Below are positions 11,701 through 21,575 of a stretch of DNA of 64,000 nucleotides, piece by piece. The position numbers were made by a program, and so were the translations under genes. The stretch is from the NCBI GenBank assembly GCA_018402155.1, contig JAGYJG010000001.1, positions 418,831 to 482,830 on the forward strand, written 5' to 3'. Under the pieces are notes generated by a model. The model was not told the DNA's origin. It saw nothing but the letters and a program-made list of their open reading frames with translations, and made no database searches. Within the stretch, counting starts at the first letter, position 1. Every line of letters starts with the position of its first letter. The stretch is from Bacteroidia bacterium. GTDB taxonomy: Bacteria > Bacteroidota > Bacteroidia > NS11-12g > UBA9320.

Positions 11701-14115
11701 TTAAAGCTGAGCTTGAATACTGAAGATAATATTGCGACCGGGGGCGGTGATACCAGATCCATATGGCCTGTAGCGTTTATCCATTACGTTCTCTAGAGCC
11801 ACATTTGCGGCTATATTGGAAGTAATAGGATAGACAAATCGCACGTTAAAAATAGCCCACGCTGGGGAGTAGGGGAGTCCTTGTTTATCTCTAGTATAAA
11901 GGTGTTTGTCTTCACGTTCGTTGATGGTGAATTGTGCATTGGAAAACTCTTGATTGTACTGTGCATACGCCACTAACTGTCCTTTTTTCATGGTGTAAAT
12001 TAGACTGGATCCGCCAAAATTTGGAGTAATATGTCGAATAGGCTCACCATCGCTCGCATTGCTTTGTAAAAGAGTGTACGTACTCTCCAACTTTAGAGTT
12101 TGATTTATTTCAAACAAAAGGGAAACCTGCAAACCGTAGACAGATGCAAAATCTTGATTTTGAAGTGTTTGTACACGGCTGAGTTGGTTATCATAAAGTA
12201 AGCTATCTGATCCGTTCAGAGTAGTTTCTGCAGTAGTTAATGCATTATCTAAATAGGTAAAAAATAAAGAGGTATTTAGTTTTATACTATTGGAAAATAG
12301 GTATTCTCCATTGATTTCTGCATTATAAGCATATTCGGGTTTTAAATTTGGATTTGGCACTGTGACAAAGCCTGGGTTGCTATCAAAGACCTTTGCAATG
12401 TCATCTATATTTGGTGATTTGAAGGCTGTGGAAAGTAAAGCACCAATAAAACCTTGATGCAGTTTCATAATATGTGACACGGAGCCCGTAATTGCTTTAT
12501 TGGTATTTTTGTAATGGTTTATTGGCAATTGATAAAAAGATGTATCAAATTCACCTTTGGTGCTTACCCTATTTAGTCTTATACCACCTTCTGTAGAGTG
12601 CCTTGGATTCCATTTTTTTAATAAATTGAGGTATAGTCCCTCAGAATTCCAGCTCGCTCCGTCTGGGTAGCGGGTGCTAGTAGCAGTACTTATTTCGGTG
12701 CTAATGTCTAGAATATTGCCAGAACTTTTTAAACCGTTATGGATGTACTCCAAGCCGTAGCTCAAGTTTAAGCGATTATTGAGCCTTTTTTGTACGTCAA
12801 TGTTGGCACTCAATGCCAATAAATTTTCGGTACGTTGCCTCAGCTCATTCTGTCCAAATTTACGGTCATTCCTGCTTTCTTCAAAAGATTGTTGTGCGAC
12901 AATAATCTTCATTCCGTCACTCCATTTTGTTTCTCTAATATTCTCATAGCTCAAGTTGTTCATAAGCCACTGTTGTGGCCCATAATACCAATCTCCGTTT
13001 GTTAGTCCATTACTGTCGCGCAATAGTAACCTATCATAGCGAGGGTTATTGGATGTGCTGCTCCAATGTAGCCCGTATTTTAGTGTTTCGTATTTGCTGA
13101 GTTTGTAGGCAAACTTCTGCATCAAATTCAGTTGACGATAGGCACTAAATTGCTGTATTTCAGGGTCATTATTGGTTACCAAGGTATCACCTTTGTGTGG
13201 TCTGTGTATCACATAGTCTGGTCTCAGATAGTCGGCTGGGCCATTACTCCCCATTTTGAGATCACCAAAACTTGAAAAAGAAATGCTAGTAAGCGATGAT
13301 ATTTGCTTGTTACTAAAGCCATAGTCAAAATGCCAAGTACCTGCATTATTTGCCGATCCATAGCGAGCGGTTATATTCCCTCCGTGGGTCATACTGTCAC
13401 CAAAATCAATATTTTTGGTTGAAAAGCTAAGAACTCCTCCAATGGCATCACTGCCATAAAATTGACTTGCTGGCCCAAAAATAACCTCGCTACTGGCAAT
13501 ACTGAAAGGGTCTATACTTAATACGTTTTGTACATTGCCTGCCCGAAAAATGGCCGTGTTCATTCTCACTCCATCTACTACCAGCAGTATTCTGTTAGTA
13601 GCAAACCCTCTAATCATAGGGCTGCCTCCTCCTTGTTGACTTTTTTGTATATAGACTTTGTTGTTTATTGTTAGCATATCTGCAGAGGTTTGTGGCTGAA
13701 AAATCCCAATGTCTTTCGGATTTATTACATCTACATGTACAGCTATATCTGAGGTAAGTCGTTTACCTCTGCGTGGTGTTATGATTACCGGACTAAAACT
13801 GTTGGTTTTATGGCTCAACATGAAGGTTGATCCTATTTTTAAAACATTTCTAGTGAATGTTTTGGTGTGAAAATTGGTGTGAGACAATTTCCAAGTGTTG
13901 CTTTTAATTGACGCTGTGTCTATATAAATGACACCCTCATCATTTGAAATGCCCAAATAACGATTTTCTCCAAAAAGTTGAACTCCTGCTATGGGCTGCA
14001 AAGAGGAGTTTACTACCTTGATTTGTGCAAAGAGTGCCTGTATAAGTAGAAGAAAAATGAAGGAGATTATTAATCTCATATACATTGTAAAAGCATATCT
14101 GTTTCCTAGTGTCAA
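11701..14115 (-). CDS. TonB-dependent outer-membrane receptor
   Basis: It has a signal peptide, an N-terminal carboxypeptidase-regulatory-like region and a plug motif (DAIGGVLSF). Beyond that is a long beta-barrel region. The real start is probably an internal Met (MYMRLIISFIFLLL, about 14079-14085). Confidence 0.85.
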   Translation of the reverse strand: MTLGNRYAFTMYMRLIISFIFLLLIQALFAQIKVVNSSLQPIAGVQLFGENRYLGISNDEGVIYIDTASIKSNTWKLSHTNFHTKTFTRNVLKIGSTFMLSHKTNSFSPVIITPRRGKRLTSDIAVHVDVINPKDIGIFQPQTSADMLTINNKVYIQKSQQGGGSPMIRGFATNRILLVVDGVRMNTAIFRAGNVQNVLSIDPFSIASSEVIFGPASQFYGSDAIGGVLSFSTKNIDFGDSMTHGGNITARYGSANNAGTWHFDYGFSNKQISSLTSISFSSFGDLKMGSNGPADYLRPDYVIHRPHKGDTLVTNNDPEIQQFSAYRQLNLMQKFAYKLSKYETLKYGLHWSSTSNNPRYDRLLLRDSNGLTNGDWYYGPQQWLMNNLSYENIRETKWSDGMKIIVAQQSFEESRNDRKFGQNELRQRTENLLALSANIDVQKRLNNRLNLSYGLEYIHNGLKSSGNILDISTEISTATSTRYPDGASWNSEGLYLNLLKKWNPRHSTEGGIRLNRVSTKGEFDTSFYQLPINHYKNTNKAITGSVSHIMKLHQGFIGALLSTAFKSPNIDDIAKVFDSNPGFVTVPNPNLKPEYAYNAEINGEYLFSNSIKLNTSLFFTYLDNALTTAETTLNGSDSLLYDNQLSRVQTLQNQDFASVYGLQVSLLFEINQTLKLESTYTLLQSNASDGEPIRHITPNFGGSSLIYTMKKGQLVAYAQYNQEFSNAQFTINEREDKHLYTRDKQGLPYSPAWAIFNVRFVYPITSNIAANVALENVMDKRYRPYGSGITAPGRNIIFSIQAQL

Positions 14116-14193
14116 AAAATATACCGAAATGTTAAAACTAATAGTAGGAGAGAGTGTTTAAGTACATAATAACACTATTCAAAATCAATAATC

Positions 14194-14826
14194 ATGAAAA
14201 AAGTATTTTTACTTACCGCCATTGCAGCGCTATTCGTTGCCTGTGGCAGTCCAAGTGCTTCTACGGAAGCAGGAGAAGCAAACGAAGCAGCAAATGCATC
14301 AGATTCTAGCACACAATATGAGGTGAGTGTGGCTGAAAGTTCAGTAAACTGGAAAGGTACCAAGCCTACAGGTTCTGCTCACGTAGGAACGGTGGCTATT
14401 AAAGAAGGTAAATTAGCTGTTACTGACGGTACCATCACTGCGGGTGGTTTTGTTATGGATCTTACACAATTGGCTGTTACAGACGAAGGAATGGATGAAG
14501 AAACTAGGGCAAAATTATTAGGTCACTTAACCACCAAAGATTTCTTTTTGGTAGAAGAATTTCCTACGGCTACTTTCGAAATCACCAACGCTACGGCAGA
14601 TAGTTTAACGGCAAATTTAACTATCAAAAATATTACAAAGTCAATTACAATTCCATATGTTACAGAGATAACAGAAGGAAGACTAAGTGCGAATTCTTCA
14701 TTTTCTATAGATAGAACACAATGGGGAGTTACTTTCAACAGCGGAAATTTCTTTGAAAACTTAGGAGAGTATCTAATTGACGATGCTATTCAGTTTAACG
14801 TTGCTATCGTGGCAAACGGTAAATAA
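14194..14826 (+). CDS. YceI-like domain lipoprotein
   Basis: Lipoprotein signal MKKVFLLTAIAALFVAC. The rest resembles YceI-like polyisoprenoid-binding beta-barrel proteins (VNWKGTK...HVGTV...GEL..D). Confidence 0.7.
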   Translation: MKKVFLLTAIAALFVACGSPSASTEAGEANEAANASDSSTQYEVSVAESSVNWKGTKPTGSAHVGTVAIKEGKLAVTDGTITAGGFVMDLTQLAVTDEGMDEETRAKLLGHLTTKDFFLVEEFPTATFEITNATADSLTANLTIKNITKSITIPYVTEITEGRLSANSSFSIDRTQWGVTFNSGNFFENLGEYLIDDAIQFNVAIVANGK

Positions 14827-14845
14827 AAAAAATATAGTTTTTAAA

Positions 14846-14883
14846 GTCGCCACTACACTCTTGTAGTGGCGACTTTTTTTTGT
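14846..14883 (+). terminator. Rho-independent terminator after the YceI-like gene
   Basis: 13 bp stem agtcgccactaca / tgtagtggcgact with a 4-nt loop and a T8 run. Confidence 0.8.
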
Positions 14884-14922
14884 TAATTTTTAGTTAGAGA
14901 AAGGAATATGTATTTTCGTTTT

Positions 14923-15093
14923 ATGAAAAAAGTATTGCTTCTATTGGGTTTAAGTTTATTCATAGGATTGTTATTACCGGGGTGTAAAGCAAAACATTGT
15001 GCCGCATTTCAAGACGACATGGAAGGTTACAAAAAGAAAAATGGCAAGAAAAAGAGAGGGAGACAAGAAGGCCTTTTCCCGCGAAATTTATAG
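14923..15093 (+). CDS. Small lipoprotein (hypothetical, about 56 aa)
   Basis: MKKVLLLLGLSLFIGLLLPGC has a strong lipobox, followed by a Lys/Arg-rich tail. The ORF track starts 15 nt upstream, at 14908. Confidence 0.4.
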   Translation: MKKVLLLLGLSLFIGLLLPGCKAKHCAAFQDDMEGYKKKNGKKKRGRQEGLFPRNL

Positions 15094-15413
15094 TATTTTT
15101 AAGTAGTCAAATTGCTATGACTATAAGAAAGGCATGTAATAAAATCTTGTGGCTTTTAACCGCCAATCATAACATATCTTAATGTTTTTTTCTGTTGTCT
15201 TAGACTAGCTGCGATATATTGGTAAGCCATAAAGCACGATAGATAAATGATACTTTTGAACTACGCAAAATACAATTTGATTACTAGTGGTATTTGGAGT
15301 ATGTTGTATTTTTTTTATCATGAATCTTCATTTTAATAATAGGGAGGTATCCACTTCATTGCTAATTGTTTAGCCAGTTGAGAACAATGAAGGAACTCAG
15401 GTGTTAAGTTACT

Positions 15414-15581
15414 ATGTTTGGGTTATTTAAAAAGAAATCAGAAAAAGAAAAGTTGGAAGAGTTGTATGAAAAATTACTCGGAGAAGCACATAAACTAAGT
15501 ACCGTAAATAGGACTGCATCTGACGCAAAAGCAGCAGAAGCAGACGCTGTACTCAAAAAAATAGAGGGCTTAGAATCTTAA
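15414..15581 (+). CDS. Small protein (55 aa) resembling the Lacal_2735-family small proteins of Flavobacteriia
   Basis: Not in the ORF track, which uses a 60 aa cut-off. The translation is MFGLFKKKSEKEKLEELYEKLLGEAHKLSTVNRTASDAKAAEADAVLKKIEGLES, a charged helical peptide. The family resemblance is from memory. Confidence 0.5.
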   Translation: MFGLFKKKSEKEKLEELYEKLLGEAHKLSTVNRTASDAKAAEADAVLKKIEGLES

Positions 15582-15643
15582 GTGTACCCATTTCTCTTAA
15601 ATAATTTAAGAGAAGGGCTAGTAAAATCAAATGCTAATAAGTA

Positions 15644-17113
15644 CTAGTCAAAATTTAACATGCTACCAAAAAGGTCTTTAAATTCAAGACCTTCTGCCAT
15701 TGTGTTTTTACTTAATTTACTGTATTCTGCTAAACCGTGTAGCACAAATTCCATCCAAAGCATTTTCTCGTTGGGATGAATTTCTGGAAGTTGTTCATCT
15801 ATAAATAGGGCTAGACCATCTACCGAGTTAAGTATCCTACCATATTCTTTATCACTCGAATCATTGGGAAGTTCTATGGTTTTCCCACGTTCAAACCAGT
15901 CCGTTATTCGGCTAAATGCTGTGTTGATGGGTTGCCCGTCTGCATCTTTGGTATTTAGTTTTTCTGGATTTGGAAAATGTTGAATAAATTCAGTTCGTAT
16001 AGCCTTACCTATTAATTGATTAGCTACGTTTATAGGTCCCTCCTGTTCACCTTCGTAAACCATCTCTATTTTGCCGGTAATTGCCGGAATGATAGCAGCT
16101 AGGTCACTAATTCTAACCAATGATTTCTTGTCCATGTTAATGGCTACACGGCGCTCTACACCGCTATAAATATTCTCTAATGCAGATATTGCTAGTCTAG
16201 CAGATACACCACTTTTTGCGTCTACAAATTCGCTAGTTCTAGCCTCTATAACGACTCTTTCAATGAGCGTCGGAATTAGGTCGTGTAAGATGACTACTTT
16301 ATCTTTTTGTGCATCTCTTTTGGCTTCTAGTGATGTTATGGACTTGCTCAACGCAAGAGTTTTGGGGTAGTGTGTTAGTATTTGGCTACCTATTCTGTCT
16401 TTAAGTGGCGTCACAATGCTGCCACGGTTGGTATAATCTTCAGGGTTTGCAGTAAAAACAAATTGCATATCAAGTTTCATTCTCATTTTGAAACCTCTTA
16501 TTTGGATGTCTCCCTCTTGTAGTATATTGAATAAAGCGACTTGTATGCGCGGTTGCAAATCAGGCAACTCATTTATTACAAAAATACAGCGATTTGCTCT
16601 TGGTATTATTCCATAGTGAATAACACGCTCATCATTGTAGCTTAATTTTTCGTTGATGGCTTTTATAGGGTCTACATCTCCTATAAGATCTGCTACAGAA
16701 ACGTCAGGTGTAGCCAATTTTTCTACGTATCGATCATCTCGGTGTAGCCAGGCTATTGGTGTCTGGTCACCGTGCTCTTTTAGCTGTTGCTTTCCAAAAT
16801 GTGATATGGGATGTAGCGGGTCGTCATTAGTTTCACTTCCGGCTATGTATGGGATATATTCATCTAGTAGATTAGTCAGCTGCCTAGCCATTTTAGTTTT
16901 GGCTTGTCCGCGTAGCCCAAGCAAATTTATACTGTGACCACTTAGAATGGCTCGTTCGAAGTCAGGAACCACAGTATTTTCATATCCTAATATGCCAGTA
17001 AATATTGGTTCTCTGGCAGCTAGTTTTTTGCGTAAGTTGCCTTTTAGTTCTTCGTGTATATTCTTAGTCTCGTAGTTCGAGGCTTTCAATTGACCTAGTG
17101 TTGTTGGTAGCAT
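15644..17113 (-). CDS. Mg-chelatase ChlI/BchI-like AAA+ ATPase
   Basis: Walker A variant GLRGQAKT. The Walker B / sensor region is CIFVINELPDLQPRIQVALFNILQEG, matching ChlI VDE-N-LLDD-LVD-LL. 489 aa. Confidence 0.8.
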   Translation of the reverse strand: MLPTTLGQLKASNYETKNIHEELKGNLRKKLAAREPIFTGILGYENTVVPDFERAILSGHSINLLGLRGQAKTKMARQLTNLLDEYIPYIAGSETNDDPLHPISHFGKQQLKEHGDQTPIAWLHRDDRYVEKLATPDVSVADLIGDVDPIKAINEKLSYNDERVIHYGIIPRANRCIFVINELPDLQPRIQVALFNILQEGDIQIRGFKMRMKLDMQFVFTANPEDYTNRGSIVTPLKDRIGSQILTHYPKTLALSKSITSLEAKRDAQKDKVVILHDLIPTLIERVVIEARTSEFVDAKSGVSARLAISALENIYSGVERRVAINMDKKSLVRISDLAAIIPAITGKIEMVYEGEQEGPINVANQLIGKAIRTEFIQHFPNPEKLNTKDADGQPINTAFSRITDWFERGKTIELPNDSSDKEYGRILNSVDGLALFIDEQLPEIHPNEKMLWMEFVLHGLAEYSKLSKNTMAEGLEFKDLFGSMLNFD

Positions 17114-17167
17114 TTATTCAGTTAAAATTGATTGTTCTATTTTTTTGGCGATTCGTATTGCTACAAC

Positions 17168-18280
17168 CTAAAACTTTTTTCTTTTGTTTTTGGCATAATC
17201 TGTAAATACAATTTCTCCTAGACCTTGCAGCCCCGTAAAAAAAGCTTTACCGTTATTAGTCTCAGTAAATTCTTCTACAAAATTTTGAAGATGAGGGTCT
17301 TGCGCTATCATAAAGGTCGTTATTTGGATGCCCAAACGACGGCAGGCAGCAGCCTCATTATAGCATTTGTTCACGATTTTTTTATCCAATCCAAAGCTAT
17401 TTTTGTAATAATTATTTCCTTCTTTTAAACAGCTTGGCTTACCATCTGTAATCATAAAAATTTGCTTATTCGGATTTCTTTTTCTGCGCAATAATTCTCG
17501 GGCAAGTTGTAAGCCCGCTACTGTATTGGTGTGGTATGGACCTACTTTTAGGTAAGGGAGCTCTTTTAGTGGTATTTGCCAAGCATCATTACCAAATACT
17601 AAAATGTCTAAGGTGTCTTTTGGAAATTGTGTTTTTATATATTCAGCCAAAGCAAGTGCTACTCGTTTAGCTGGAGTTATTCTATCTTCACCGTATAATA
17701 TCATACTGTGGCTGATATCTATCATTAGCACGGTACTAGTTTGGGTTTTGTACTCTTTTTCATTGACTATTAAATCTTTCGAAGTTATGAAATTAGTTCC
17801 CCCATTATTCAGTTGAGCATTTTTTATACTCTCTGTAAGGGCTATTTGATCAAGACTATCGCCGTACTGGTAGTTTCTGGCATCTGCTGTGCTCTCATCA
17901 CCTATACCTGTAAAACGGGTTTTATGGTTTCCTTTCCCAGATTTTTTTAGTTTCCCAAATACTTCAGATAGTGCGTTTTGCCGAATGGCTTGCTCCATCT
18001 TAGATGTTATATCATATTGTCCAGTGCGGGATTTTTCTGTCATATATCCCTTTGCCTTTAGGTCTTCTATGAAATGCCCCATACCGTATTCGTTGGTCGT
18101 TATGTTGTGTTGCTTGTCTAATTCGTTCATCCAATCTAGTGCTTCTGCAATATCTCCACTAGTGTAGAGCAACAATTGCTTGAGCAAGTCCATCAAGTTT
18201 TCGAAATTACTTCCGTTTGTTTTGGTGGGTATATATTTTGAAAATTGAAATCCTTTCACCTTATGTACAAAGAGTAACAA
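17168..18280 (-). CDS. von Willebrand factor A (VWA) domain protein, partner of the ChlI-like ATPase
   Basis: The VWA MIDAS-like region is VLMIDISHSM...ITDGKPS. The ORF track starts at TTG 18280. An alternative ATG at about 18193 gives MDLLKQLL. Confidence 0.8.
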   Translation of the reverse strand: MLLFVHKVKGFQFSKYIPTKTNGSNFENLMDLLKQLLLYTSGDIAEALDWMNELDKQHNITTNEYGMGHFIEDLKAKGYMTEKSRTGQYDITSKMEQAIRQNALSEVFGKLKKSGKGNHKTRFTGIGDESTADARNYQYGDSLDQIALTESIKNAQLNNGGTNFITSKDLIVNEKEYKTQTSTVLMIDISHSMILYGEDRITPAKRVALALAEYIKTQFPKDTLDILVFGNDAWQIPLKELPYLKVGPYHTNTVAGLQLARELLRRKRNPNKQIFMITDGKPSCLKEGNNYYKNSFGLDKKIVNKCYNEAAACRRLGIQITTFMIAQDPHLQNFVEEFTETNNGKAFFTGLQGLGEIVFTDYAKNKRKKF

Positions 18281-18314
18281 ACGAAACTCTAAATGGGTTT
18301 ATGTCTGATTTAAA

Positions 18315-18701
18315 CTAGTATTTTTTGTAACCCACCCACCAGGCCCAAAGTATGAAAATAGGCTGACCGAGTAAGAGCCTTAGCCATGCTATCCAGGGAG
18401 CTACGCATAGGCCGCCCTGAATACAGCTGCCACTCTGTATAAAAAATAGATGAGAAGGTATAAGAAGAACTAGCAGCAGTATAGAACCCGTTGCCCCTAG
18501 TTTTCTGTACTTGCGCTGTAAGATAAGTGCACCCAATGCTAATTCAATTGCTCCTACTAGCAGATTTATTAATAGTGGTGCAGGCAGATAGTCTGGAATT
18601 AATGGAATATAATAGTCAGCATTTGCAAAATGATATCCACCAGCCAAAATGAAAAACACCCCCAATCCATGAGATAAATAGGGTTTTAGGTTAATTTCCA
18701 T
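18315..18701 (-). CDS. DoxX-like small membrane protein
   Basis: 128 aa with 4 TM segments and a GGYHF...P..LP......GAIELALGALIL pattern resembling DoxX/DoxX_2. Confidence 0.55.
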   Translation of the reverse strand: MEINLKPYLSHGLGVFFILAGGYHFANADYYIPLIPDYLPAPLLINLLVGAIELALGALILQRKYRKLGATGSILLLVLLIPSHLFFIQSGSCIQGGLCVAPWIAWLRLLLGQPIFILWAWWVGYKKY

Positions 18702-19069
18702 TGATAAGATTTATGTACCTTTTTTAAAATTAAAAAAAATGGAATCCACCATATAAAATCATTGGTAATAAGTGTGTAGATAAACTGCAACGGAACATTT
18801 CCGTTAGCATAGTTCACAAAGAAACCAATAGGGCCAAAAATTTTGCCTAAAAAACCAACGGCCACTATAGGCCAATGCACTACAGGATTGTATGAAGCCC
18901 ACCAATAGCCTAGTCCGTATACACCTATAACCATTCCCATTCCTTGCCACACCATAGGATGGTTGAGGGGATCCATCCCTACTAGTTCAAAAAAATGGTT
19001 GGGAAAAAGAACAACCCAAGCACCCCATATTAAGTTATAAATGGCAGCAAGTTTTAATGTCAATTGCAT
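18686..19069 (-). CDS. Small polytopic membrane protein (hypothetical)
   Basis: 127 aa that is Trp/Gly-rich and hydrophobic. It overlaps the downstream DoxX-like gene by 16 nt, implying co-transcription. Confidence 0.5.
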   Translation of the reverse strand: MQLTLKLAAIYNLIWGAWVVLFPNHFFELVGMDPLNHPMVWQGMGMVIGVYGLGYWWASYNPVVHWPIVAVGFLGKIFGPIGFFVNYANGNVPLQFIYTLITNDFIWWIPFFLILKKVHKSYQWKLT

Positions 19070-19365
19070 AATTATCTTAACAAATAATTTTAAAAATAGT
19101 TGTTGTACAACAATAAATTGAATTAAGTATTACGCATGCAATTGGCTTTTTATTTTGGGTTTTGTATTCTAATCACTAGTGTCAAATACTACTGTTAAAT
19201 TTTGCAAATCCAAAGTACCAAATTATTATCTTGTTCCCCCTTCTTGAAAAAATGAGCCCTTTATCGTACTTACTTTGAAAGCCTCACTACGTTAGATTAG
19301 GAAGATATATTTCGTGACTTAAAAATCATGTGAACAATAAAAAAACTCCTCAAATATCTTTTGAT

Positions 19366-20487
19366 CTATTCGTCTAATGCCTCCAATAGTACTGAACAAA
19401 CCTCTATTATTTGTTCTTCGGTGATTATAAGTGGTGGCGAAATACGCAAGCACTCTAGATTATACAAAAACCAATCAATAATTACACCTCGTTCTATGCA
19501 TCTGGTCATGGTGCGTTCTACTTCATTAAATGAGTCTAGCTGAATAGCAAGCATAAGACCTTTGCCGCTTATTCCTTTTATTTTGGGATGAATAAGCAGT
19601 TTGCGGAATAAGGATTCTTTATGCGGTACAGTATCCATCAATTTGCTTTTTAGTAGATATTTAAGAGCTGCATTACCTGCAGCACAACTTACAGCGTGAC
19701 CACCAAAAGTAGTGATATGACCAAGTATAGGATTGTCACTAAGCCCATTCATTATTTCGTTGGAAGAAATAAATACCCCTATAGGCATGCCTCCTCCTAG
19801 TGCTTTGGCACTCAGCAATACATCAGGTACCACCTTATAATGTTCAAAGGCAAAGAGTTTTCCAGTTCGACCCATACCACTTTGTATTTCATCAAAAATA
19901 AGAAGTGTGCCTGTCTCTGTGCATTTTTTTCGTAGGGCCTCTAGAAAGGCAGGAGTAGCTGGTATATATCCCTTTTCGGCTTGTATGGGTTCTATAAATA
20001 CTGCTGCGGTTTGTTGGTCTATTACGTTTAGGGTTGACTCATTATTAAATTCAGCAAAATGAATGTTTGGAAGTAGAGGTTTGAATGGAGCGGCATAGTA
20101 CTCTTCGCTCATCATACTCAAAGAGCCACTAGTACTGCCATGATAGGCATTGCGCATTGCTACAATTTTTCCTCTTCTAGTATGTTTTTTTGCCAGCTTC
20201 ATAGCGCCCTCTACAGCTTCACTGCCGCTATTCAAAAAATAAAATGATTGCAAATTTTCTGGTAGTTCTTTTGCAAGATTCTTAGCTAATTTTATTTGTG
20301 GTCCAACTATATATTCGCCATATACCATTTGATGGCTGTATTTACTGGCTTGCTTTCGTATAGCTTTTACAATGTATTTGTTGTTATGACCAAGATTATT
20401 TACCGCAATACCGCTTATTAGGTCTATGTATGGGGTATTTATTTTATCGTATAAATAGATTCCTTCTCCCCGCACAAATTCATACAT
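19366..20487 (-). CDS. Class-III (acetylornithine/ornithine-type) PLP aminotransferase
   Basis: Motifs GIAVNNLGH, SGSEAVEGAMKLAKK and IFDEIQSGMGRTGK (the PLP lysine region). Confidence 0.85.
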   Translation of the reverse strand: MYEFVRGEGIYLYDKINTPYIDLISGIAVNNLGHNNKYIVKAIRKQASKYSHQMVYGEYIVGPQIKLAKNLAKELPENLQSFYFLNSGSEAVEGAMKLAKKHTRRGKIVAMRNAYHGSTSGSLSMMSEEYYAAPFKPLLPNIHFAEFNNESTLNVIDQQTAAVFIEPIQAEKGYIPATPAFLEALRKKCTETGTLLIFDEIQSGMGRTGKLFAFEHYKVVPDVLLSAKALGGGMPIGVFISSNEIMNGLSDNPILGHITTFGGHAVSCAAGNAALKYLLKSKLMDTVPHKESLFRKLLIHPKIKGISGKGLMLAIQLDSFNEVERTMTRCIERGVIIDWFLYNLECLRISPPLIITEEQIIEVCSVLLEALDE

Positions 20488-20654
20488 AGGTGGGGTAGGA
20501 GAGGTTTGTGCTAGGTATTTAAGAAATGATTTTTTGATGGGTCAAAAATACTATTTTTACTAAGGCTTTGTGGCATAAATCTTCAACAGACAATAGTACA
20601 AGACGGCATACATTAATGAAGCACTATTGCTACTTCATGATGGAGTTTATAGTT

Positions 20655-20692
20655 TAAAAAAAACCACTAGGATTTCCTTAGTGGTTTTTTTT
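20655..20692. terminator. Bidirectional hairpin terminator downstream of HU
   Basis: A8-ccacta(g)gga-ttt-cc(t)tagtgg-T8. The hairpin is flanked by A-run and T-run tracts on both sides. Confidence 0.6.
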
Positions 20693-20728
20693 GGTTTTCA
20701 AAAAAAATGTGAGGTCTGCACTCCCAGA

Positions 20729-21001
20729 TTAATTTACATTTTCTGAAAGTCCAGCTCCCGCTTTAAACTTTACAACATTTTTAGCAGAAATTTGAATTTC
20801 TTTACCTGTTCTTGGATTTCTTCCAGCTCTTGCAGCTCTTTTATTCACAGAGAAAGTTCCAAATCCTACAAGGACAAGTTTTTCACCATTTTTAAGGGCA
20901 GAAGCAGTGGAGTCCATAAATGCTTCTAAGGCATCACTAGCTTTTGCTTTGCTGATGCCAGCTTTATCAGCCATGGCTGATATTAAATCTGATTTGTTCA
21001 T
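20729..21001 (-). CDS. hup: HU family DNA-binding protein
   Basis: 90 aa with GFGTF...R.AR.GRNP.TG motifs. Confidence 0.9.
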   Translation of the reverse strand: MNKSDLISAMADKAGISKAKASDALEAFMDSTASALKNGEKLVLVGFGTFSVNKRAARAGRNPRTGKEIQISAKNVVKFKAGAGLSENVN

Positions 21002-21068
21002 ATACTTTTTGTTTTAGTGTTAATGTTAGTCCAATTTTAGCTTTAGATATGTCCGCTGGCAAGACCTG

Positions 21069-21575
21069 TTATCTATTTGTTGATAATTTCAAATAATTGA
21101 TAAGTCTTTGTATTTGCCAATTTTCATCTAAGTTTATTTTCAACTGACTATATTCATAATAAGTCACTCGCTTATGGTAGAGGGCTTCCAACTCTTCTTC
21201 AGTATGTTGAACTATAAGGGGTCTGTTTGCTAGGGCACCCAGCTGCTTTTGTAGTACTCTCCAAGGCTGAAAGAGATATACGGCTATACCAAACCGCAAG
21301 ATTTCACTATGATTGTTTAGATGGCACATGGTACCACCGCCCAAGGCCACTACGTGATTCTGTTTGATTGTGCATACATCTAGCAAAATCTCCCGCTCTA
21401 TTTCTCTAAATGCTTTTTCTCCGTGAGTATTGAAAATTTCAGGAATATCCTTTCCCATTTTTGTGTAAATCAAATCATCTAAATCTATGAAAGGCAAACC
21501 AAGAGACGTGCTTAGTTGCTTGCCGATTGTAGTTTTACCCACGCCCATATAACCTACCATGAAAATGTGCATCAA
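21069..21575 (-). CDS. aroK: Shikimate kinase
   Basis: P-loop GYMGVGKTTIGK...L...FIDLDDLI. About 168 aa. Confidence 0.85.
   Translation of the reverse strand: MMHIFMVGYMGVGKTTIGKQLSTSLGLPFIDLDDLIYTKMGKDIPEIFNTHGEKAFREIEREILLDVCTIKQNHVVALGGGTMCHLNNHSEILRFGIAVYLFQPWRVLQKQLGALANRPLIVQHTEEELEALYHKRVTYYEYSQLKINLDENWQIQRLINYLKLSTNR

Noticed and set aside
15354-15392. Inverted repeat cttcattg...caatgaag upstream of the 55-aa ORF
   Set aside because: Loop of more than 20 nt, no flanking T-run and no recognisable operator symmetry beyond 8 bp. Evidence is insufficient.
15588-15616. Hairpin tctcttaaa-taa-tttaagaga between the small ORF and the ChlI-like gene
   Set aside because: 9 bp stem but no U-tract on either strand, so it is not a convincing intrinsic terminator. 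It may be incidental.
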